From assembly GCA_024704765.1 (NCBI GenBank), contig JAKMXF010000011.1:727557-791556 (forward strand): a stretch of 64,000 nucleotides of DNA. Reading direction: 5' to 3'. Positions 24,169 through 33,892 of the stretch are shown in pieces. Source of the stretch: Oopsacas minuta (taxonomy: Eukaryota > Animalia > Porifera). A program made the position numbers and the translations under genes. Positions within the stretch are counted from its first letter, which is position 1. Each line of letters opens with the position of its first letter. The notes below the pieces were generated by a model, which saw only the letters and a list, made by a program, of their open reading frames with translations, was not told where the DNA came from and made no database searches.

Positions 24169-25545
24169 ATGGCTACACAAGTCACAAGTGAAATTACAGA
24201 TTGTATAGCGTTACATTTTGGGCGTAGCGGGTGTGGATTTGGTGAGAAGTTCTGGGAATTAGCTTGTAAAGAACACGACCTATCGTTATCTACTGGAGAA
24301 GGGAAAAATTTATTTCGTAATTTTCAATCTCTATTTTCTCAAAATGAATCTGGGTTATACAAAGCTAGAGCTTTATTTATTGATCCAGATGGTCAAGATA
24401 TTTCACATTTGAAGAATGGCCGTGTTAAAAATATAACAGACACAGACTTAAACTTTCTAACTGATAAAGAAGATGGATTCGGAAATTTCGCTGCAGGTTA
24501 TTACATTAATAATGCGAATATGCTCAAAGAATTGGATCCCAAACTCAGGAAAATGGTAGAATCTTGCGATAAGACTCCAACCTTCCTAAGCACAGTTTCA
24601 TACAGTGGTGGTTCCGCGGGTGTTTATTGCCGCGTAATGAGTAACATTTTACATGACGAATTCACGAAATCAACGCACATCAACTTCGGGCTATTTCCTT
24701 CACCAATCCTTGGTAGATCAAGCGTAGACTCTTACAATTTTATTCTATCACAAGCTGCCGAAGATTGGGGAAAAAATTCAAATTTCATAAGAGTTATATT
24801 TGATAACGAAGCACTGTATGCTTCAAGTGCACGACATAAGAATACTTTAGATCTAGGCTATGAACATGTAAATCTCGAAGTAGCAAGGGTAATGAGTTTA
24901 TTAACTAGTTCAAATAGATTTAATACTAATCCAACAGCTGACCTGTCTAAAATGATCGTGAAACCTTTGTTAAATTACATTACCCCTTCTTATACACGTA
25001 TGCTTGGGGAAGAGAGTGATACGATCGAGTTTGATACGACTTATCCTCTGTTAATGGAGGGCGGAGCACTTCTAGCTAGTTGTCCTCTCGATAAAGTATT
25101 AGCAGATAGTGTATATACAAGAGGAATTGCACCATCATATTCTTTTCAGGAGAAATTGGAAGCAACTATTAAAAATTCTGAAAATACACTTTTTGAAAAT
25201 ATACATTTTGATCCAAGAGCGATTCCAGTTAGGATGACAGCGTTCGATACATTTGAATTAGGTCGGTTAACTAGTAATAAAGGAGTAATTGAAATGTTGA
25301 AAAGAGAAATGAAAAGATTTGATTTGGCCCATGCCAAACGGGCATTTGTATTTTGGTTTGTTGGTCAGGGAATGGAAGAAGGGGAATTCTCTGAATCGAG
25401 AGAACACATGGAGAAGGTTTATACAGAATATAACGATGGTTGTACTCTGACGTCATCAAGTGAATCTGATAGTGATGATATTAGTAATAATAGTGGAGAT
25501 GAGAATCCACAATTATTAGCTGAAGTTGAGAGTTTAGAAATATAA
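24169..25545 (+). CDS. Highly divergent tubulin (alpha-like C-terminus), intronless
   Basis: CIALHFG..G..FWEL.C.EH, RALFID, KEDG.GNFA.GYY, DNEALY, KRAFVFWFVGQGMEEGEFSESRE. The likely start is ATG 24169; the longer ORF begins inside a MITE. Confidence 0.9.
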   Translation: MATQVTSEITDCIALHFGRSGCGFGEKFWELACKEHDLSLSTGEGKNLFRNFQSLFSQNESGLYKARALFIDPDGQDISHLKNGRVKNITDTDLNFLTDKEDGFGNFAAGYYINNANMLKELDPKLRKMVESCDKTPTFLSTVSYSGGSAGVYCRVMSNILHDEFTKSTHINFGLFPSPILGRSSVDSYNFILSQAAEDWGKNSNFIRVIFDNEALYASSARHKNTLDLGYEHVNLEVARVMSLLTSSNRFNTNPTADLSKMIVKPLLNYITPSYTRMLGEESDTIEFDTTYPLLMEGGALLASCPLDKVLADSVYTRGIAPSYSFQEKLEATIKNSENTLFENIHFDPRAIPVRMTAFDTFELGRLTSNKGVIEMLKREMKRFDLAHAKRAFVFWFVGQGMEEGEFSESREHMEKVYTEYNDGCTLTSSSESDSDDISNNSGDENPQLLAEVESLEI

Positions 25546-25840
25546 TAATAATAATAATAATATATTTTTACAATTATTTATTGGCAAAATTCCGTTATAA
25601 TTATAACATATGGTGTATGCTTCATACTTACCAACAGGCAGCTGTTTATAATATTTGCTGATAATTTCCTGGAATTCCAAGTTTTAGAATTATAAATTGC
25701 AATTACATGCACAGCATTTCGCAACTTTTTCGCTGGATTTCTTGTAAAATAACGTAATAATTCCGCGGCAAGTATGCGATTACGTAATTAATTTAACGTC
25801 ACATTGACTGTATTAATATTCTCAATTTTGTTATTAGAAA

Positions 25841-27893
25841 ATGTTCAATATCTACCTTATTATCACACTGTTAATGCTTCACATTTATAACGTTATGAGT
25901 GTGGAGTATATTCAAGATCAAGCTGTAACAGTGTTTGTCAATAAAGTAGGACCTTACTACAACCCACAAGAGACTTATCATTACTACACACTGCCTGTAT
26001 GTGCGCCGGATAAGATAGAACACAAGTCAATGACCTTAGGGGAAATTCTAGACGGAGATCGCATGGCATTTTCCGATTATATTATCAAATTCAAAGAAGA
26101 CAAGGCTAAAACGAAACTTTGCACTAAACATATAGGTCAAAAGGATTTGGACAAATTTAAAAGTGCAGTAGAAGATTTGTACTATTTCGAATTCGTCGTG
26201 GATGATATTATTTTCAAGGGATTTATTGGGCATTTTGAAGAAGGACCAATATTACCTCATCAGCATAACTTGTATTTATGGAATCATCTACACTTTATAT
26301 TCAGTTATGACGCTGATACACAAAATCATATAGTGAGTGCGCGTGCGATAGCTAGTACTGAGGACCCGGTAAATCTAAATGATCTAACAGCTCCTACTCG
26401 CATTGATTTCTTCTACTCTGTAACATGGCAGGCTGCTAATACACGATATGAGGATAGGGCTAAGCTACAGCTTGATTTCTTTCCCAAGGCTAAGCAGATA
26501 CATTGGATGTCTGTCATTAATTCTACTATATTAGTGCTACTGTTGGTTGTGGTTATGGTAAAGACATTGTATAAGAATCTGAGACAGGATCTCACAAGGT
26601 AATAATTGATGTATTCATAGTATAGTGGATGACTGTTATAAGGACACCCTTATGAGTAGCAAATACATGTTCTTATACCCGGCATGCACTGTATAATCAT
26701 ATCACTGTAGCTCTGTATAGCTCAAGTGAATATCAGGAAACACGATAATTATATATCACCTCAATTTATGTCCATATATGGTAATTGATGATGCTGATTT
26801 ACAAAAGAAAATACCTCTAATTCCGTAAATTTCACACCTTTTTGCTATTTCATAATATTCAAAATTGAATCCATAAATTCATTTTTGTTTGTCTAGTTAC
26901 AACGTAGATAGACCAGACGAAATCATAGAAGATTACGGATGGAAACTGATAAGCGGAGATATATTCAGGTACCCACAACACATGATGTTACTATGCGCTA
27001 TATTAGGCAGTGGTTCACAATTCATTTTGCTAGGACTGACTCTATTATTCTTTGAATCAGCTGGTGTTTTATCACAGAATCATCACGGATCTGTGAATGC
27101 ATTAACCATTCTTCTCTACGCATTTATGTCGTGCTTGTCAGGATTTATATCAAGTGCTTGTTATAAGAAATTTGGTGGTGATTTGTGGTATTGGAATATT
27201 GTGTTAACTTTCGCGATTTTCTTTGTCCCTTTCTTCCTTATATGGTCAATGATAAATTCTGTTGCATGGATGTTTAATTCGACTCAAGCTCTACCAATTT
27301 CGACAATTCTTTTATTATTCTTGCTTTGGTTCATAGTAGGACTGCCTTTGACAATTTTGGGTGGAATTTGTGGTAAGAACATGATGAGTACTTTCCAAGC
27401 ACCATGTCGTACTAAAAAATTCCCCCGTGAGATACCAGCACAGCCTTGGTATAACAAGTCTTGGTTTTACATGCTTGTTGGTGGATTTTTACCTTTCAGC
27501 GCTATTTCAATTGAAATCTACTATATCTACTTGACACTATGGGGAAGACAGTATTTCGCATTATATGGCATTACATTGTTATTATTCGTTATACTTTTGC
27601 TCGTAGCAGCTTGTATCTCAATCACTCTAACATATTTTCAGCTTTCCCTTGAAGATTATCACTGGTGGTGGCGATCTATGTATTCAGTCGGGTCCCTAAG
27701 TTTGTTTGTATTATCCTATGCGTTATACTTCTACTATAAAACTTCTCATATGCATGGGTTTCTACAAGGATTACAGTTCTTTGGTTACACGCTTATTGCT
27801 GCGTATATCTTGTTCCTCATGTTGGCTACTGTATCTTTTATAAGCTCTTTTGCGCTAGTTTATTACATGTACTCAAGACTGAAATTTGAATAG
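25841..27893 (+). CDS. TM9SF1: Transmembrane 9 superfamily member 1, 2 exons
   Basis: Exons 25841-26598 and 26897-27893; VNKVGPYYNPQETYHYY.LPVC, LGEILDGDRM, YGWKLISGDIFRYP, GGFLPFSAI.IE, EDYHWWWRS. Confidence 0.95.
26620..26708. mobile_element. Short pogo-like MITE remnant in TM9SF1 intron
   Basis: tagtggatgactgttataaggacacc...cactgta. Confidence 0.35.
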
Positions 27894-28045
27894 TAGTGTA
27901 TGGTGATTATGTAGCATGTATTTGAACTACTATGATTATTATGCAATTTATTGTATTTATTATTCTGTTCTATTTTGCAGTTTTAAGGATAGATGGAATT
28001 GTCTGAATATTGATGGGCTGTATTTTTGTGGTATATAGAATAGAT

Positions 28046-28132
28046 CAGCGGTTCCAATATGAGGTCCATGAAATTATTGGTGGTCCACGAATGACAGCAG
28101 GGGTCCACGGGCTAAAAGGTTGGGAACCGCTG
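28046..28132. mobile_element. MITE family D
   Basis: cagcggttcc...gggaaccgctg inverted termini; core shared with 40433-40555. Confidence 0.7.
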
Positions 28133-28770
28133 ATGGTCTACTCATCTTGAAAATAAAATAAAATTCCACTCAAATCTTAGGTCATGCTAAAATATGTATT
28201 TAATTTCAGATTACGTAAGATAAAATTGTTAGCATACCCCAATTGACCATATTTACATTCTTTATGTGAGAATAATGACTCATATCCGCTATGATGGTAA
28301 TACTATTCCATAATTACGTAATCCTAATGAAACCTTACAGTATTGACGATTTCACAGTATAAGTGGAATCAACAAGACAGCTGAATGTGATCCCGAAATC
28401 ATGTTATTCCAATTTTTAATTATCACCCACATATTTTGAAAATGGAACTGAAATTAACTTATAAGGAGTCCAATAACAACGTAAATTCTTACCATCGAAA
28501 GTCATAGCGATCAACGTCAATGTACAACCTCACATATCAAATTCAAAATGCTCTCTTCACAATATAATAGGCATTCCTATGTATATGCGAATTAAGGTAT
28601 TATAAGCAATCATATAGCAATCTGATGTATACTGATTTCCTATTGAATTTTACTCATACGCTTTATATTGATTGATTGATATTACATTGAAACTATTTGA
28701 ACGCACACAGCGGGCTTGCATGCACTAGAATACTACTAATTTGATAATTTGATTACGTCATTCTATTTCA

Positions 28771-30762
28771 ATGGAATCTACACCACTTAGAGAGGCAGTG
28801 AGAAAAACTCAACTCGATTTGACCTTGTCAGGGATAAAGTATAATAAGTTTCGTAATTATAATTTTGATCCTGAAACGAATCCAATTTCTACAACAATTC
28901 GCGGTAATAACGCCAAAACTATTCCACGTCCTCTTCAAGCAAAGAAATTACCCGCAATACCTCTAAGGTATCATCAGTCCCTCGAATGCCTTCCTTCTAA
29001 AACGCCCTTGCCTCTCAAAAAGTCGTGTTCCCCCACGATAAACCATGGTACCAGATCCTCATCACTGGAGAGGCAACGTACCAGTATAACAAACCCATTG
29101 CGGAGATCCGGCAGTTTATCAACACTCCCAACAGCTAATTCTCAAGCTGTAGCAATTAGACCGCTGATAGACAATTACGGAGTTGGTCAACCGGAATTGA
29201 AGCTACCACGTACACCGCGAAACGTTACACCTAAACGTAACTCTACTCAATTCGCAGATCCATATACTCAATATTGTGCGATCGGCCTTGGCAGAGCTCA
29301 GTCGACTTTCAAAGCACATCGAGCAGCCATGGGGGCCTTTCAGTCCTCTCCTAAAGGCTCACTTACACCAGTAACTACAAGACATACTCGAATGCCCAAT
29401 ACACAAGAGCAACGTTATCGTATCGCGAAAGAGATCGAAAACACAGAAGCTACTTATGTACAAAATCTACATACTCTGACATCATTTTTCTATCGTCCGC
29501 TTTTGAAAGCTAAACTTATTCCACAAAACGAACTAAAGCAATTATTCCCTCCACAACTAAATGCACTACTCAACTGTCATATTGAGCTACTTGATAAGTT
29601 ACATGATAGACTGTCTAACTCTAAATGGCATGGAATGATTGGGGATCTTTTCGCGAATTTGTGTCCAGGCTCAATGAGTATGGATTTCTTTCAGATGTAT
29701 TCGGGATATGTGTTAGCATTTCCGTCTGCACTCGCAGTTTATGACAAGCAAATACGAACTAATGAGGAATTTCGTGGTTTTATTCGCGCTTGCATGGAAA
29801 GTCCAAGCTGCCGCGGGCTAGATTTATGCGCGTTTCTCCTAACTCCCATACAACGTCTCCCTCGTTATCTTTTGTTATTGAAAGAACTTATAAAATACAC
29901 TGATTCTTCCCACCCAGATTCTTACTTCGCTAATTTAGCTGCAGACAAATTCAAAGCTTGTTTAGTGCTACTGAATGATTCAATACATCTTGTGCTAGAT
30001 ATCGCATCTAAGTCATCTGCATGGCAAAATGAGCCACGGGCGAAAAGTGCAACAAACCGCGGGGGCAAAACATCGAAAAAAGCGAAAAGAAATTCAAAGC
30101 GTGTGTCTGGAATTTCGCATGCTGGCTCAAATTCTGACTTAGAATCAAATAGCAGTAGTTTGTATGTGGAAAGTTGTCCTCCTTCATTCTTCAATAACTT
30201 TTCCAATCATAAAATACAATCACCGATTATCCATGAGAAGCAGAACAGGTCGGCACAGCGTGTACTCAAGCTGGATCCACCCCCAGAGCAATCCTCCGCT
30301 ATGGTTTATACTACCAACACCGAACAAGTCAATACAATTCCGTTAGAAACGCGAAAATTGACACTTCAATTATCAATTGAGGATAAAATACCTTTCTCAT
30401 CACCTCCCTTAACTTCAAACAAATCTCATACAGACTCTGGTATCTACGAAGAAGACCCAGATCTCCCGCAGCCGGACGAAATCCCTGCTTTTCAGCCACA
30501 CACGCCAATCCCTGAACACCCCGGGTATCACCTCCCATCCCTCCCTGATCTTGATATAACCGCGACCCGAAACACTTCTGGACAAGTTGAAAGTTTAACT
30601 AACTGTGCTATGAATAATCTTCTATTAGAATCGCCCGTACAGAGAATTACAGAAATAGGAATAATCAATGAAGCAGATGGTAACGTTAAAAATAAAAAAC
30701 ATATACGAAGAAGATCAGCTGATCGAATATTGCGATTATTCAAGATTTTCAAATCAAAATAG
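28771..30762 (+). CDS. Dbl-homology (RhoGEF) protein, intronless, no PH domain evident
   Basis: RYRIAKEIENTEATYVQNL ... GLDLCAFLLTPIQRLPRYLLLLKELIKYT..HPD, flanked by low-complexity Pro/Ser/Arg regions. Confidence 0.88.
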   Translation: MESTPLREAVRKTQLDLTLSGIKYNKFRNYNFDPETNPISTTIRGNNAKTIPRPLQAKKLPAIPLRYHQSLECLPSKTPLPLKKSCSPTINHGTRSSSLERQRTSITNPLRRSGSLSTLPTANSQAVAIRPLIDNYGVGQPELKLPRTPRNVTPKRNSTQFADPYTQYCAIGLGRAQSTFKAHRAAMGAFQSSPKGSLTPVTTRHTRMPNTQEQRYRIAKEIENTEATYVQNLHTLTSFFYRPLLKAKLIPQNELKQLFPPQLNALLNCHIELLDKLHDRLSNSKWHGMIGDLFANLCPGSMSMDFFQMYSGYVLAFPSALAVYDKQIRTNEEFRGFIRACMESPSCRGLDLCAFLLTPIQRLPRYLLLLKELIKYTDSSHPDSYFANLAADKFKACLVLLNDSIHLVLDIASKSSAWQNEPRAKSATNRGGKTSKKAKRNSKRVSGISHAGSNSDLESNSSSLYVESCPPSFFNNFSNHKIQSPIIHEKQNRSAQRVLKLDPPPEQSSAMVYTTNTEQVNTIPLETRKLTLQLSIEDKIPFSSPPLTSNKSHTDSGIYEEDPDLPQPDEIPAFQPHTPIPEHPGYHLPSLPDLDITATRNTSGQVESLTNCAMNNLLLESPVQRITEIGIINEADGNVKNKKHIRRRSADRILRLFKIFKSK

Positions 30763-32019
30763 AATTATTCTGAATTATTAAACTACAAACCAGGGCGATC
30801 ATTTTGATTTATATTTTCGTTTATTATATCAGTTCCAGAGGGCTGATTCTTGATTGACTCTATCGCATTTATTATCATTGTATATTTTATGATTTATCTC
30901 TCTTTCTCAGGCTATATTATCTGTTATTTTATAAACTTATCTCTATTGAATTTATTTGATTATATATTGTCTACTAATGAAATTTTCTCATAAGGCCATG
31001 TAATATAATCTACTTGTTTCTCATCCTCCCCCGTCCCAAATTTTATCCCCCTTCTGGAAAGATTTTGTATTTTTTCCAAATTTATGCATAATTCTTTGCT
31101 CACAGTGCAATCCACATTTTACTACCTGTGTAGTTAAAAATTCAATATTTTTAAGCCAGAAAGAATGTGATTAGATAATCATAGGATGATTTTATTTCAC
31201 ATATTAACTGGCCTATAAAAAATACAAATAAAATACCGTCCGCCGTCCCAGTTTCTGAAGAAATTCCGGATGAGAAACAAGTAATTAATATTACATGGCC
31301 GAAGTTGTAGGTATTGATAATTATTGGGGTAATGTAGTAGGTGCCACCTGGGATCTTTTCTGATTTTTTAATGATGTAAATGCAAATGATATATTCAATT
31401 AGTTGGAAATATAGCGACACAACACTTTGATGTTTAAAGTTCTAAAATCTAAACGCTAATGTTGGGATGATCAATGTCCAATTAGTAAGTACACAGTGGA
31501 ACTAACTCCGTACACTTAGGTAGTCAGGTCGTCCGATTCTAATTATGGCTAACTTGTGTCTATTAAGTGGTTACCTAGAGGTGGAAATAACAGCCAGGCT
31601 AGTTCCATACTTTTGTATCGGAATAAGAAGTTGGTTAAGTAGGAGGAAGTTATATTTGTTGGAGTGCAACATATTTGCCTGTTAGATGTATGTTTAATTA
31701 TTTATGTGATAGATCCGTTCCTAGTAAAACGAATTTTTCACTTCGTGTAAATCATGTTTCGACTAAAACCTTCCGCGTGTATATTTTATCACCATATTGC
31801 CAACCAATAGACTATACAGCATGCGTTTATATAATTAAAATACTTAGAATTTACATGAAGTGTAAATTCCGCCATGTAATCATGTTGAATAATTGAAAAG
31901 CTTTGATAAATTGCATAGATGGCCAATGAATAATCAATATTGAAAGTGTGGGCCATTTAATCAAACAAGTAGGCAGATTTAAACCACTTCAAAAGGTTAG
32001 ATTTCCTATAATTATAAAG

Positions 32020-33552
32020 ATGAGTGTAGTTAGAAAACGCAGGAACAGTATTCAATCTGAACTCGGAGCAACAAAGGGCTCTAAAAAGCGCAGTTGTATT
32101 TCGCGATTTGAGCAAGATGAATCGTCACAGGAATCTACAATATCAAATACATCAACTGGTAAATATGATAGGAATCTCATTGTAAATGATCCAATCCATG
32201 GTCATATAGAATTACACCCTGTACTAGTCGCGATTATGGACACCCCACAATTTCAACGCTTACGATATATCCGACAATTAGGCCTCACCTATTTCGTATT
32301 CCCGGGAGCAATGCATACGAGATTTGAACATAGTATCGGCGTGAGTCATTTAACAAGACAACTATTAATGAATATATCCCAAAAACAACCATATTTGGGC
32401 ATAACAGAACTCGATATTCTATGTTGCGAAATAGCTGGTTTGTGTCATGATTTGGGACATGGTTGTTTCTCGCATTTCTACGAAAAATTCCTTTCATTCG
32501 CAGATCAAAGAGGCTGGAAACACGAAAATATGTCAACAGAAATGCTTGACTATCTCATACAGGAAAATAATTTAATGGAAATATTCAATGAATACGGTTT
32601 AAACGAGAACGATATAAGCTTCGTTAAGGAAATGATTTCAAATAAACCTCTTGGCGATTCAACTAACGAATGGCCTTATATAGGTCGAGATAAAGAGAAA
32701 TCATTTCTCTATGATATCGTTGCGAATAAACTAACTGGTATGGACGTAGATAAATGGGACTATATCGAGAGAGATGCATATTACCTTGGCATACCGAATA
32801 CATTCGATTCTTCACGTTTGATGAAGTTTATGAGAGTGATTGAAGTTGATGGAGTACTACAGATTTGCTTGAGAGATAAAGAGCTTAATAACGTGTATGA
32901 AATGTACGCTACACGTTCGAAATTATTCCGTAGCGCTTATTTACATAAAACAGTGAATGGTATAGAGCTTATGTTATGTGATGCGTTAATAATCGCAGAT
33001 TCTTATTTGAAATTCCCAACTGATACGAATAGGTTTGTGACATTGTCAGAGGCATCGAAGGATTTAACCGCGTTTAGTTTAGTTAACGACTCGATTCTGC
33101 ACGCAATTATGTTATCGCCTGACCCAAACTTAGATGAAGCGAAAAGTATCATTAATAGGATAATGAAACGTGAATTGTATCCTCTAATCGGGAAAATGTA
33201 TTTAGTTGAGAAAATGGTGAAAAGTGACGTAGAAATTACCAAAGAAATATGTTCATACCAATCACAACTCAATGAGTTGGAAAAACCGTTGTTACCAGAG
33301 GATTTGAAAATAGAATCATTAATGATCCATTTCGGTATGAAACAAAAAAACCCGATTGATAAACTGTATTTTTTCTCCAAATCAGACATCAATAAAGCAT
33401 TTCTTATACCCAAATCTGAATTGAGTTATATGTTGCCTTCCAATTTCGGTGAATATATATTTCGTGTATATTGCAGACGAAATGAAACGGTCTATATCAA
33501 CAGAGCAAAGGATTGCTTCAGGTTATGGAAAGAAAAATCAAGCGTCAGTTGA
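32020..33552 (+). CDS. SAMHD1: SAMHD1-like dNTP triphosphohydrolase, copy A (no SAM domain), intronless
   Basis: NDPIHGHIELHP, DTPQFQRLRYI.QLG, HTRFEHS.GV, AGLCHDLGHG.FSH, KSFLYDIVANK, DVDKWDY, NPID, RVYC. Likely ATG at 32020 (MSVVRKRR). Confidence 0.95.
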   Translation: MSVVRKRRNSIQSELGATKGSKKRSCISRFEQDESSQESTISNTSTGKYDRNLIVNDPIHGHIELHPVLVAIMDTPQFQRLRYIRQLGLTYFVFPGAMHTRFEHSIGVSHLTRQLLMNISQKQPYLGITELDILCCEIAGLCHDLGHGCFSHFYEKFLSFADQRGWKHENMSTEMLDYLIQENNLMEIFNEYGLNENDISFVKEMISNKPLGDSTNEWPYIGRDKEKSFLYDIVANKLTGMDVDKWDYIERDAYYLGIPNTFDSSRLMKFMRVIEVDGVLQICLRDKELNNVYEMYATRSKLFRSAYLHKTVNGIELMLCDALIIADSYLKFPTDTNRFVTLSEASKDLTAFSLVNDSILHAIMLSPDPNLDEAKSIINRIMKRELYPLIGKMYLVEKMVKSDVEITKEICSYQSQLNELEKPLLPEDLKIESLMIHFGMKQKNPIDKLYFFSKSDINKAFLIPKSELSYMLPSNFGEYIFRVYCRRNETVYINRAKDCFRLWKEKSSVS

Positions 33553-33758
33553 AGAAGAATATTATTAAGTATTATTTATAAGTGTTTGTCGTGTGTCTCA
33601 TTACAGTGTATCCATACTCTTTTTATCCCCTATTATGTGTATAACACATACTATTAAAAGATTGTAACATTAATATTTGATAAGAAATTCTACAAAAGTC
33701 AAAATGTAACCTCAACAAAGCTTAGCAATTAAACTCAAACTCAATAAAATAGTTTTAA

Positions 33759-33888
33759 TTAATTTAGGAATCTTTGTGGGGAAGCTAAATGTCCAATAAA
33801 TCTTATTAAAATCTGTCTCAGATAGATAACTATTGCTGCTCCATCGTCTATTAAACCTATAGGCCCCAAAATAGCTTCAGGGAGAATA
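33759..33888 (-). pseudogene. Truncated 3' fragment of RNF170 carried along by the duplication
   Basis: Near-identical to 36387-36516 (last about 43 codons: ILPEAILGPIGLIDD...RFLN*), with no upstream part. Confidence 0.85.
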
Positions 33889-33892
33889 CAAT

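Noticed and set aside
24169-25545. Tubulin as a processed pseudogene, or as delta/epsilon/gamma tubulin
   Set aside because: The frame is intact with selective retention of nucleotide-contact residues, and the C-terminal GMEEGEFSE motif is alpha-specific; final placement still needs a phylogeny
25543-25562. (TAA)n run at the tubulin stop as a stop-codon array
   Set aside because: Simple AAT microsatellite in an AT-rich 3' flank
31151-31420. Minus-strand 89-aa ORF partly duplicated at 34087-34269
   Set aside because: The frame is not preserved between the two duplication units and has no recognisable motif
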